From NCBI GenBank assembly GCA_050084515.1, contig CM114271.1, positions 20,832,001 to 20,896,000 on the forward strand: a DNA stretch of 64,000 bases. The letters run 5' to 3'. Below, piece after piece: positions 39,101 through 52,565 of this stretch; positions within the stretch are counted from its first letter, which is position 1, and the number at the start of each line of letters is the position of its first letter. Under the pieces are notes generated by a model. It worked only from the letters and a program-made list of their open reading frames with translations. It had not been told where the DNA came from and ran no database searches. The stretch is from Blasia pusilla. Lineage: Eukaryota. A program made the position numbers and the translations under genes.

Positions 39101-40473
39101 CAAGTAAAGTTATTGCAAATTCTTAAATAAAACCTACCAAGTTGATAAAAAATCCTAAATTATTAATATAAGAGGCTGACCTAGGGACACGAGGATATCC
39201 CAATTCCCTTGCCACTCGCTTGTCCATCTTACCTTTCCCTGACCACTTCCCACCCATGTTCTACGTTCTTGGAAAGACAGAGATCTTACTTGTCAAACCT
39301 GCTAGGGTGAGTACTGTGGGTCATGGTCACAATGAGCTGAATCACAGGATTACCTAATCTTGAAGAAACTTGAAATGGAATGGATAACTACCCAACAAGA
39401 TCATCTTTCTCCAAGCTAAAGTTGAGCAAAATTATGCACACCTGGTTTCCAGGAGGATCCCCAAGATGTATGTTTTACAATGAAGATGATGTCCCCGCAA
39501 TCGATCAAGATATAAGTATAGTGTATTGCGTGGTGAGAAATAAATAAAAATTCCTAAGAATTGTTGTTAGGGTAGATGGGTTGGCTTTGGCTTCCGCTGC
39601 TAGGGATGGATGTCTGCTAGGGATTTGGAGTCTTTCAAATGGTACAATGATTTCCCACACCATGTTTTCTCGCTGGAGGCAACCAAAAGTCCATGAATAG
39701 TAAGAATGTCTCCCTTGCAGATGGTGCATGATGTGCCCTTAGAATTGTGAGTTTTTTGGGAAGTCATGGAACCTCACCATGGGTTGTCCATGTAGGGAGG
39801 TGAGAATCTAGTCAATCGCAAGGGAGGACTCTCAATTATCAGTATAGAAGACGATAGACTCTGGAAGTCTCTCCTCGGGTAGGGTGGACATCTCCTCTAT
39901 TGCTCTATATGAGCCAGACAACAACTGCCCTGTGTAGCAACATTAGAATGGTGAGAGCCATTCTCCGTTTTGTGTTCCAACTTTCACGAACAAGTAGCCA
40001 TTGGAACCATTGCTAGCAGGCTCCAAGTGTGGAGAAAACACAACTTGCTTCCTGATTGGATTCCTTCTTAGAACACAACTGCATCCTTTGAGGGTGCATC
40101 AATTTTTTGCGTCTGATTTTGAGCAGATGGGGGACTTTTGGTCACGACAGCTTCCTTCTTGTTGAAGCAATCAGCCAACGAGGAAGTACGTATGAGTAAC
40201 CCGACTCATAAACTGAAAAGAGTGTATGAGCATCTCAACTTATTTGAGACACTTTCACGGGCGTGTGTGGGTGTTGTCAACCTCACCTCACAGTTGGGAC
40301 GTTGTCTCTTCTATCGCCCAAATTTCAAAACCAGAGATAGGAAAGATCCCACAATCCATGCAAGTCGAGAGAAAATATCTTTGTTAGAGTGCTTCTCGTT
40401 TTGATTTTCGGTGGTCCTAAAGCGCACACTTTTCCCAAGCATGGACTTTTCGGGTATATCAAAAAGAGTTATC

Positions 40474-40651
<178 letters not shown>

Positions 40652-42767
40652 ACAAATCTCTCTATTCCACATCTCCCAATTTTCCTCATCTCTTTGTTCC
40701 ATGAAAATCCTCCCGAGAGCCAACAACTTGTGGGTCAGATTCTGAAGAACTACTTGGATGCAAAGGAGGCTCCATGGATTTGGCTCCTGTCGTCTCAACG
40801 TTAATGGAGCATTACTGATTTCCAATGTTGATACCTATTTTAGGCTCGGCTTGAGCTCACTGTTTGGAACTTGTTTCTGTTGTGTTACAAAAGAGAGAAA
40901 GTATACGTGCGACAATTTTCTAATCCCAACTTAAAACCCCCGGCTTAGCCACAATTGATCAATCTGCTATGGCTAGTCAACGTTTCCACTTTCAATTGGC
41001 TGCCAATTGCAGATCAGATAATTATTTCTATTAGGTACTTGGTCAAATGTCGGTCATTTCATTTTGAGATCATTGCCCCTTGTGGCTATGAGTCTATGAA
41101 GGACATAGAAAGTGTCCAATGGATCTAAATTTTTTTCCACCTTTTCTACATTATCTTCTAGAATTCCATCGGTATCCCCTCATGAATCTTCATCTCTATA
41201 TCTGTTACCAAGTTCCACCAATCGTAATAGGACTCTTTATTGTTTTACTACGTCCCAATGAAGGTTGTTGTAGTCAATCACGGATATCCCAAACGTTGAA
41301 GTATTCAGATATCAAAGAGTGCTCGCTCTAACCATCCTTGCTGGTGTTGCAAATGCGGGATGCATGAGTCCAAGTCTGAATTTTTGAAAGCGGAAACGAA
41401 TGGGTTTGAAAAGCATCTCCGATGCTCCATAGGATTCTCACAAGGGAAGGGCCTCCAAATGTTTGGAAAGTTGTCCACTTCGAGACGCTGGATGGATTGA
41501 AGGAATAATTGCTTGAGTCTCAACAATTTTTTTTGCTCCTTGGTGATGCACATCGGGCAACATTTGAGCAGTCAATCGCAAAACCTCAGTGGTCATGCAC
41601 CAAATGACCCTCAATTCCTATGGCAGCATGTTGGAAATCATGTTAGTACTCTTGGTGAACATTCTTCACTAATCTTTCTCGAGAGAGAACAATCGTCGAG
41701 TGTAGCCGACCCAATCCAACCCCAATGCATTTGATCATTAGGTCCGGTGTAAATGAAACATGTTTGTGTAGAACAAAACAACTTTTCACAAGAATCTAAA
41801 AATTTCATGGGAGACGGCAGTGGACATTGATCCCCACAAGAAACAAGTTGGTTTCGTGGATTCAAAGAGTCTCCTAGGCAACTTCTAAGCCAATTTTCTT
41901 CTCATCCTTTCATTTGTTTGTGAGTAGAGTTCCTCGTTATCCCCACCATTTCTCGCCCTCATGGATCATTGCTACCCATGGATCAAAACATCGTCCCATT
42001 CCATTGCACCAAATTTCAACTAGAAGAGACAGTTTCATCTTTGGAACAAGGTTCACAACAAAACAAGAGTGAGTGTCTCCTCTATAGTATTCATGAAAGT
42101 TCAAAAGGAAACCACAAAATGCCGATATTAGATTCTCTTATTTTGATGATGAGAAAACCCCGTGGAAAAGGCTAGTCATGCGAGTAGTCCGGCGGTCGTC
42201 AAGTGTATCCTCAAATGAAAAGGAATGGTCTCGAGACCAAGGGAGCGAAAGTGGATTTTGATGTCAATCACTTCAAAGTCAGATTCAAACCTCAACTACG
42301 CGCACTTTTTAAGCATTTATGTAATTCCTAGATTGACTCTAGATTCAAGCGTTTTAATAGTTTTGAGAATTTTGGAAATGCTACGATCGAATCCAAGAGC
42401 GACAGGAATGCATAGAAAAACAACGAATTAGCCGAGAGAGTGTTGCAACCAGAAATTACCTATATCCCAATCCTTGCATGCGATTACAAAGTTTTAACCA
42501 CACCCTCCTCCGCTATTAGTAGTAGCTCCTCCGCTAGTAGTAGTAACTACTCCACTACTTAACTCCCGCTCCACTCCCTCCCTATTGTAAAGACCTACAT
42601 TCGTCTACTCTCAATAAAGTTTGAAGGTGCACAAGTGTCAACCTCCAAGCCCTCCAACAACCAGGTCATTTATTACAAAATAGGTGTCCTACACCGAGTA
42701 GAGATTAACCCTTCCTCCCACAAAAAATCCAATCAAATAAGATCCATCAATCAACCAATCACGCTAC

Positions 42768-42870
42768 GAAGCCAAAACAGGTCCCTACCCACATTTTTAG
42801 GGTCCCTTATGGTCATAAATAAAGAAGCCAAAACATGTCCCTTACCCTTATTTTTAGGGTCCCTTATGGC
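42768..42870. repeat. ~56 bp imperfect tandem duplication
   Basis: GAAGCCAAAACA.GTCCCT...ATTTTTAGGGTCCCTTATGG occurs twice. Confidence 0.75.
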
Positions 42871-45315
42871 AAATTATTTTTATTGCAGGCTTCGTTTCTT
42901 ATAGACTACACCCTTTTTCTTTCTTTCTTTTTTTCCATACATAGTAACCCCCAAAGTTTTGTTAATAGTATAGATTCCATGTAGTTTTTCCGCCGAAACC
43001 AATAATCTGTTGGTTAGTGGGTTTGCTTGTAAATTTTCTTATCGGTACTAAAAGAAACATTCTAAAATGGGTGGTTACTTTTTAGGATATTTTTTCCCAC
43101 ACTTATTTTCAGACTTCTATATTATTTGAATGGTATATTTTTAACTATTTGAACGGCTACTCAATCCCTGCAACCTAAATATCTAACTAGCTAGAAATGA
43201 AATTTCACAGCCTGGTATGGACTTCCTTCTCCACCATTCCTAGTGCAAGAAAACATTTCCTCGTAAATTGTTGGTACTTCCTTCATTGTTATCCATAACA
43301 TTTTTTGCACTATTTGAGCCTTACCAATCCTCCCGTCAAATTGGAATCAAGGATCACATACATTCAAAGTTCAAATATACATCCCTCATCCTTTGCTAAC
43401 TCTCCCATTCATATCCTTAGTAGTAATTGAACTTGGATAGGCCTCACTCCATTTGGGAACAATGATGAGACCCCTTCATGATACTTACAACGTTTTAAAG
43501 GAAGCTTCAATGTATTAAAATAGGGTTCCCTCACCTCAACCCCCTTACACATCTACATTAGGTGGACTTGAAAAATTATGTACATCTACAACCTCTCCCA
43601 AGGTGCCTTCATCTCAAACATATATATCTCATAATTGACATACACATCTAAATTGTGTATAATTCTTCCAAAGAATGATTGATCCAACCAAAATGTCCTA
43701 ATGAGCAACTATTTTTCCCTCTAAGGCAACTCTAAGAACAATATCCAAATGTTTTGTCATTAGCATATCGTGACATTAAATTTTATCATATTTTGAATAA
43801 AGAAAACTCTCTCACAAATGGCAGTACTTGCATATTTTACTCTAGTATACCCTTTCTTTAGGTCCCTAAATACACTTTACATTTATCCTTCACTCTGCTT
43901 AAATTTCCACAAAGTAACAAGTGTGAAAAACATGGTAGAGGGTGCCTTCCAACAAAAGCCGCACATTAAATGTACTCTTAACTTTAAAGAGTATGAATTC
44001 AATCCTTTCTCTATTTGCACTTTTATATATTTCATACGAAGCTTGCATCAAAATTTGTTAATCTTTTATCCTACTCTAGACTCCCATCTCTTCCCTTGAG
44101 AGCTCTATCCTAGAAGCTCCTCTTCTATGCTTCAGTTAAATTCACTTGCTGAAAAGATCAAGGTGTCCTTCATTTGGTTGGGAACCTAATGTTTGAGCAT
44201 CTCATTTACGATCCCATAGTTGTGCCACCACAACTTGTCATTTTTTCATATGTAAAGTCTTTTATCTATAATTAAACATCAATTGACAAACCTAGTTGCT
44301 TACCATTGCACTTTGCCTCCAAAATCACTATCCAAAGTTTATAGCTCCACCAAACATGATTACAAGGGCCATAAAATTGTCTCTTTCTCCTTTGTCTTGG
44401 CCCATACCTTATGGATGAATTAACAAGCCAACCAAGACAAGAAGATCCTCTTATCCCTTGGTGGTTTAGTCTTGGAGTATGTATCCGTGAACTCCTTGAT
44501 GAGACTTATCCATTGTTTGTCAAGATCTAGATTTCTTATCATGGAAAAACCAATTGGTGGTAAGTAAACACAAGATAACTTAGACTTTTGGGGATAGTTA
44601 TGGATATTTTTCTTGTTCCTTCCTTGCTAATGAAAGGAATTCACCATATAACCTTGACTCACCTCTGCCTTCAAAGGATTGGAATTCCCTTCTCGCCAAT
44701 GAGCCATACAAGAACTCTTTGGATGGAGTCTAGTCCACCCATCATAATTATGGTACCATATCAAACTTGAGCCTTACCTTCCATGTTTCGTAAATTTGCA
44801 TAGACATAGCCAACTCTTTTCCCTCATCTTGTAGAGGCAATCCTTGGCCCTTAACATTCTTAGGAAATTTCTCGTGGTGATTCGTAAAAAACGTCGAGAG
44901 GAATGCCTCATTTCCCAACATATATGATTCGGAAGAGATGAGTTATGACTGCTCAAAGCAATATTATGAATATCATCAAATATTGTATAGAAAACATGAT
45001 TTAAATGAAATAGGTTCAAAATTCTTGATAGATTTAGAAAAAAATACCATAAAATATTTTGTATAAAATTTAGTAATAAATAAATTTTAGTTTAAAGATA
45101 AAAATTGAACTCAAACTATCAATCAAATGAAAGATACATTCCCTCTAATAATCTTCATAGCTATGGATTCTTTTCCATGATCAAAACCTAATTCTAGATT
45201 TTTATTTTATTTCCTTTAAGAATCCACACATTTCTAGTCCATTTATGAAGGATTTGATCTATTTAAAAAAAATAGCTATCATGAATTTATGGAAAAGAAG
45301 AAGAAGAAATATTCA

Positions 45316-48229
45316 TCAAGCGGTTCTTTTGGCCCAACATGAAAGAGGATGTTGCTCAATATGTGAAGACTGTGTGACCCGCCCTTAGCTTAATAGAGTC
45401 TCTTATGATAAGAAACAGGGCTTTGCATCCCTTGCCGATCCTGAAGGACCCTTGCAAAGTGTGAGTATGGATTTCATCACGAGTCTTCCGGAATCTGAGG
45501 GATACAACACTATACTTGTGATTGTTGATCGGTTTAGCAAGTTGGCGAGATTCGTGCCGACGGTGGATTCCTGAACGGCGATAATGACGGCGCAACTATT
45601 CCTCGATAGTGGTGGCGTGCTCATGGTTTGCCGAGGAGCATTGTTTCAGATCGGTATCCAAAGTTTACCAAAGTGCTTTTGGAAGCACTTGTTCGAAGGT
45701 TTAAGACCAAGCTGAGTTTCAAGATGACTTTCCACCCACGCACGGATGGGAGATCGAAAAGGTAAACTCTATCGTGAATCAAGATTTAAGGAATTATGTC
45801 GGTCTTGATCAACGTGATTGGGTCAAGTGGTCGAGCATGGCGGAATATCTGCTACAACTCGACCAAGCATTCGCGAATCGAGAATCTCCGTTTCTCTGGC
45901 AAATGGACGAGCCGAATGGCCTCTTGATCTAGCCCTTTCGAAGGGTACTACATTGGCACGAACACTAAAAGCGACGGCGAAGGTTTGTTGGAAGAGATGC
46001 GAGAACAAGAAGAGAGCGCGAGGCTAAGTCTTGCAAAGGCTCAAATGAGGAACGTTAAGCATGCTAACAAAAGTCGGGCGCCAAGTACGATTCCAAGTTG
46101 GAGAACAAGTGTGGTTGAGTGTAAAGAACCTCACTCTTCCGAAAGAGTTGTTCATGGTATGCCCGCCAAGTATCTTTGGACCGTATGTGATTGTGGCAAA
46201 CCCGTTTGAGGATGTGTATACGTTGAGGCTACGGACGAGTTCAAGATTCACCCGACCTTTCATGTGTCATTGTTGAAGAAATATCTTCAAGATAATGGAC
46301 GCGTTTCGTCATGGAGACAGTGGTGAGACCGCACCCGGTCATCGTAAATGAAGAACCGGAGTTTGAGGTGGAGACCATCTTACGTTCGAGGCGTCGGGCC
46401 AACAAGTATGAATACTTGGTAAAATGGAAGGGCTACCATGTGAAGGAGGCGACTTGGATTGCGGAGGAGGATTTGGAACACGCGCAAGACTTGTTGCGTG
46501 ACTTCAAGCGAACACAAGCGAAGCACATACGTTAGTAAGAGGAGAAGCTAGAGACATGACTTGTAACCAGTGGAATCTTGGGCCGAAGGCCGTTGTAACT
46601 AGAATATGCTAGTGTTGCAATAAAGGAGTGTATGGATTTGGAGATTCGATGCCAGAGAGGTTGCAATTTGTATGTTGTAGTGCATGGCTATGAGTCGTTC
46701 ATCATAGGCTTAGGATGTACGTCAAGAGGATTGACAAGGAGTATTTGAGGTGAGAGCTCGTATGTGGATAAGCATCTAGAACAAGATCTTGTGTTGGATT
46801 ACACTCGGGCTCGCCCTAGCGTCGGCGGGGCAGATGAAGTCTGTCTTGGGGCTTGGGGTGATCTTACTTGTGGCCACATAAGTAAACTTAGTGAGGCGCC
46901 TAAGTCGAATACGAGAGCGACCCAATAGTAGTACGATTTGTGGACCAGGTAAACAGGTGTGATGTTTACAGTAATGAGTCAAAAAGAGTCTAAGGTTGCA
47001 CACTTAGTTAGCTTATTTGATAGGTTAGTTCCTTGGAACTAGTCCAGGCTTATCAAAGAGGAGAGGCTAATAATTCTAAGTGGGGCAAAGCGACAACTAG
47101 AGACTAAGAGGAATTGCGGGTTAGCCACCAGAACGCAATTCAATGTCAAGGGGTAGGCTGCCCAAGAGACTTGACATAATAAAGGTTTGCGTTGATGAGA
47201 GCATCAACCTCTAAAAGAGGGGTGAGTGTCGCGACCCTCATGACCAAACAAGTGCCAAGCGGAACATCAGAACATTAGCGGGCTCACGCTAAGATGGTTT
47301 GCGCGTTGGAGTTGTCTCAAAGAGGAGACAAGAGACGAGACGCGAGCGAGGAGTCGCGTTTCAGGTGTTATGGTCGCGACTGAGAAACCTGGACCAAACG
47401 CGGAATGAGATTTGAAAGAAGTCGAGTCTAGGAAGTGGGTTGCCAAAGGAAAGATCCGGATTTGCAACGCCACTAGCGTTTGAGAGTTTCTGACTGTATT
47501 TATGGCCATAACTTTTAGCTCCAAGATGCGTTTGGAGCAAATAAGGATGCGTTGGAAAGCTTATGGAGAGCCGGTCCAAACGCATTAAAAATCGCTGCAA
47601 ACGCATAAGCAGAGGCCGAGATACAACCCGAAAACGATTGTAAGTGGAGTCGGGTTGAGGGCCACAATGAAGGGCCCGACCCTCTTTTCCCAAAGGGGAG
47701 GGGTTATTGGAGAACCCCAGAAGTACTAGTAAGGGGGAAGGTCTCCGAGAGTGCTTGGAACCCAAACCCCACTTTGGGCGCCACGGGGCGGCTCAAGGGC
47801 GTGGAACGGAACGCGAGTTTGGGGGATTGGGTTGGAAAACCTGCACCAAGTCCATTGAGGCAATTTCAGACATCCCTCTTGGATACCACCCCGCGACTCA
47901 ATTACTTGGGTCTCGGTTCGGAACTCACCCGAGGACCATTGAACAGTTGGGATCACTAGGCGCGCAAGTGCCGTTTCAGATCCCTTGACTAACCAGAAGT
48001 CTGTTCCAAGTCTTGAAGGACTTGCCATGTTTTGGAAGCTAGGAACTAAGGAAGGTTGAGCTTGAGGAGACGCCGAGTTGAGGACTCGGTGGGTTGGAAC
48101 GCCGGTTGGCCCAAACCCGACTAACGAGAGTGCGTGTTTGGGTGCAGATCGGCGATGAGTTCGTGACCTACTGAACGCACGCTTCCGCAACACTAGAGAT
48201 TGACGTTCAAGGAGAGTAGGGGCGCGACA
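45316..48229 (+). mobile_element. Chromovirus copy 3, 5'-truncated (INT, chromodomain, 3' UTR, PPT, 3' LTR)
   Basis: Reverse-complement homologue of 2357-5110; chromodomain ORF at 46311-46535; PPT at 47212-47226. Confidence 0.94.
47227..48229 (+). repeat. 3' LTR of chromovirus copy 3 (~1003 bp)
   Basis: TGTCGCG...CGCGACA termini; same family as LTRs at 2357 and 8549 but visibly more diverged. Confidence 0.94.
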
Positions 48230-50950
48230 GTAAGCTTGCAGGAACTACTGCTAAGCTCGGATCAAATGTACCATCAATATTAGGAAGGTGACATGGCGCA
48301 CAGTTACGCATATGGTCCTTCCAAAGCATACCATCGCGTCCCTCCAATAAGAGAACACCATATGGCAAAATCACACGCACTCTCAAGATGGTACACCTTG
48401 GAGTCACATCCAACGTCGTGGGTGTAGTCTGCTGCAAGTAGACATAGTCTCCCTGATGAAACCTCCGGATAGCTGATCGATAACCACCTCCCCGAATAGT
48501 CGCATACCTCAACGTATTCCGATGCTGTGCAATCGCCAAGTTCTCAAACGCCATGGGCATCACTCTCCTCGAAATAACTCAACCCGTTGAGAACATGCTC
48601 GCATCCATACATCAAGGTCATCAAGGTTCAACATCTCACCAACATCTCGACAAATGGCCATAGGTAGATCTGGTTCTTGGCCATAAAGTAGCAAGTACAA
48701 TGAGAAAGACGCTAAGGATGATTGCCTCTTGAATCTGTAACCCATCGCCAACCACGGCAACAAGAGGTCCCAATCTCTTAGGTGACCTCTCTCCAAGCCA
48801 TACTTGCGTAGTCCTCTCTTTATGGTTTGCACAACCCGCTCCGCTAGTCCATCTGCCTCAGGATGATCTCGCGAAGTATTGTGATGGTTGATCAGTGCCT
48901 GATCACACAAGGCCTGAAACTCCCTGCCAAACTCTGTACCCTGGTCTATCAACACCTCAACTGGTATTCAGTAATGACTCAAGACTCGATCTAGGAAGGC
49001 ATACACTACTCCCTCACTCGCTTTGTCAGGCAATGCAACCAACTCTATCCACTTCGAGAAGTGCTCGACCATCGCCAACACATAACGACTATGGCGCTCC
49101 ATCAAAGGTAAAGGTCTTGCAAAATCCAAACTCCATCTACAACCTAAACCCAAGATCGGAAGTGGATGCAATTGTGGAGTCGGAGCATTGAACGATGCTT
49201 CGACCCGATCACAAACCATGCACCTAGCAAAACATTTTTGAACGTCAATCTGTATGCCTCGCCACCAATATTGTATTTGGAGCAAGCTATATGTCCGCTT
49301 TACTCCAAATTACCCTACTCCTTGTGAGTATGACGCACCAAACGTGCTCTCTGTGAAGGATGAGCCACTACACGTACTCTACCATCCTCCCACACGTGCA
49401 ACACATGTGTCCCCTCCCACCGGAACCGTTTGGCTTGATGTAGGATCCGATGCCACTCTCTAGCACCCACTATGCTTGCGACGCTACCAGTACGCAGGTA
49501 CTCCAAGTCCACTCCATCATCATGAATATCTAGGACACATGTCGTATCCTCACCGGCCTCTGGATCTAAGGACTCTCCATTAGACTAGGCCATCAAAGTC
49601 TCAAAAATCAGGCTCCCTATAGCCAACAAGCCCAAATAGGCTGACGCGTGCCATCCTGGCATCAACTCCTCATCACTCTCTCCATGCCAATGAGCTCCAG
49701 TTGCATCTCGTTGACTTGCGCATGGGTTACGACTCAAACTATGTGCATCTTGGTTTAGCGTCTCAAGTCTATGCATCACCTGGAAGTCATACTCCTGCAA
49801 GAAAAGAGCCCACCTTGCAAGCTTCCATGTAAGCTAGTCGGACTCCATCAACCACTTAAGTAGCCGATGATCAGTAATGATGGTAAAGGGGTTGCCAAAT
49901 AAATAGCACCTAAAATGTGCGACAATCCACATTCTAGCCAAGCACTCACCCTCATACGAGCTATACTTCGCCTCTGCAGCGTTGTTTGAGTGACTAGTGT
50001 AATCCACCATAAACTCTCTACCATCATCGTCACGCTTGGTGAGCACAACTCCAAACCCCAACATACTCCAATCTGTATGCAACTGGAAAGGACGCCCCTT
50101 GATCGGTCTCCTCAATATGGGCACGGATGTCAATCGGTCCTTGAGCAGCTGAAATGTTGTCTCCTGCTCATCCTCCCAATGCCACTCCTCATCCATCTTG
50201 GTCATCAAGGTCAACGGCTTTGCAATCGAATTGAAACCCTTGAGGTACTGCCAATAGAAGTTCGCCAATCCCATGAATGCACAAACTTGACTCACATTGT
50301 AGGGCGTGGAATGTGTGAAATAGCTTCTACCTTTGTCTGCTGCACACGAAGGCTCCTTGGGTATATCGTAACACCCAAGTAATCAATCTGGTCATAGAAG
50401 AACTTGCACTTGCGTGGATGTAGCTTCAACCATGTAACTGCAATCATCAAAATATCTCCTCCAGATGTTGCTCATGCTCCTCAAACGTGATGCTGAAGAC
50501 TATGATATCACCAATATAACACCTAGAAAAATCCAGACTTGCCAAGATCCTATCCATGAACCTTTGAAAATCAATCGGGGCGTTCTTTAACCCAAATGGT
50601 AAGAACCGCCACTAGTACAAGCAATCCTTCCCGTGAGGATCAATGCCCCAAAATGCCATCTTCCGCCTGTCCTCCAATCTGATAGGCAGCCGATGGTATC
50701 CAGCTCAAAGATCTAACGAATTGAAGACCTTTGCATGCCCAATAGCATCAAAGATCTCCTCACGGGTGGGCATGGCATACCTATCACACTTTTTCTGCCC
50801 ATTGATAGGTCAATAATCTCCACACATCCGCCTATTCATCCAATTTCCATGCACATCCTTCTTGGCGGGCATGATTGTGGCAGATGGATACTCTTCATGC
50901 AACATTTCCACTAGTCTTGCTCCAACCAAATCTTGGCTAGCTCCTTCTCT
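48230..50950 (-). pseudogene. RT-RNase H-integrase of Gypsy copy B
   Basis: RRMCGDY, PFGLKNAP, YIGDIIVFS (YIDD decayed), LHTDWS, YSSYEGECLA, WSLDFARPLP, DQGTEF, DGLAERVVQ. Confidence 0.93.
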
Positions 50951-51509
50951 GAATCAGAGCCCTCTCCATGTCAATGTACTTGTAGGGTCGTTAGAAGATT
51001 GGCGTGTCGCTCAACAACTCAATGCGGATCTTTGGACCCTTCAGCATAACCAAATTATGCATGCTAAATGCAAAACTACTCCTGTAACTCCTAAGGAATT
51101 GATGTATCCGGCGCCGCTCTGCTCTTGTCAACTTAGGGCCCATATTTGGCTCCCAAGTCTCCATTGTGACTACGGTAGGACTCTATGGTGCAGGTGTCAA
51201 TGGTTGCTATGGTGCAACCCCGTCTCGAACAACAAACTCGACAGCTCTCCTGCAGCCAAGTGTAAAATCGGATCTCCTCCACGTGCAGTACTTGGAACCA
51301 TGCTCGATGCTATAGCTAGCATCTCCTGGCGTACCTACAAAACATCCCAAAAAGTCCAAGGGTGTCTCTCTCGATCATCCATGATGTGTCGATCCCCTCG
51401 AATCTCGCCCCCAACAACTATCTCAATTGGCTTGGTAGGCATGGGGCTCACCAACATAACAGTTGTGATCTGTCGCATCCGCAAATGACGTTGCTCAACT
51501 ACTCCTAAC

Positions 51510-52430
51510 CTAAAAATCCATGTCAAGCAGTTCAGGTCCATTGCCTGACCCAAGACATGACGTCGCGATGCCTCTGATAGTGACAGTATTTCGGTCTGGC
51601 TCATCGGCGCTGGGATCCACCAACTACTGTGCTTGGTCATCCTAAACCAAGCCAGACCCAACCTCCTTGAATGCATAGGAAGAAACAAAACTCACAAAAG
51701 TGGGAAAGGCTGCCCGTGGCATGCCAATCCTGTTGACCATAGTCAATGGCGGTCGATCATTGTGCCTCATTGCCTATGATCAATGACGTGGATCCATAAT
51801 AGAATCCACCAACAAATGGGAGGGGCGCTCCACTCTCACATACGCCCTCCGCAAAACCTCATGTGGCATTAAGTTGGTCCACCAAAGATGCGCGCGATGT
51901 GCTCGTGAACCTACACTCGCCGCATCCAACAACACTATCAGGCCGATCCATGCGCGCACCAGGTGTGCACTCGTCACCACGTGGGACCTTGAATTGCCCA
52001 AAATCGGCATATTCTCTAGAATGTATGTTGGAGAACGAGACTAATGGTCCTATAAGTGTCGCAAGATCCACATCATCTCCCAAAACAACCTAGATCGAGA
52101 GTCAGCTGACCCGCTACCTCGTCCAGCACTCGATTGGCGTTGACACAACCAACGTGCAATGAACCAAATCTATGGTCCCTACCCGCTCCAAGTCCTGCAC
52201 CCCCAACAATGAAATGTCCCTCGGTAGGGAACTCAGGTATTCGTAGACGGCGGACGTTGACAACAAGTTGGGAAATCGGAGGCGTAATTGCGCCGCATGG
52301 TGAAGTGAAGCGCGCCTCGCAACACCATCAACCTCCACGTATAGGTACTACTACACGCGCACTCTTGCCTGCTAAACAGTAGCTAGACCTGTGCTGATCC
52401 CCCCCAAAGAGATCCAACACGCAAATACCC
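51510..52430 (-). pseudogene. C5-cytosine DNA methyltransferase domain within Gypsy pol (decayed)
   Basis: VLDLFGG (I), YVEVD (II), DLV/IARWLCQ (IV, frameshifted), PTYILENMP (VI), LLDAASVGSRAHRAHLWWTNL (VIII), SEASRRHVLGQAMD (X). Confidence 0.9.
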
Positions 52431-52565
52431 TCCTCTGGGATGTACCACACAATCAGAATGGTGTCCAAAGGGGTCATAGTAGCACTCTTGGCTACCTCGG
52501 GTTCCTTTGAACCGTCACGCTCCGGTGCAAATATCTCGCTCCATGCGGTCTGCACATGCTTAGCG

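Noticed and set aside
51510-52430. DNMT as a host gene or bacterial contaminant
   Set aside because: Intronless, collinear with pol on the same strand, and present at the equivalent position in two diverged element copies.
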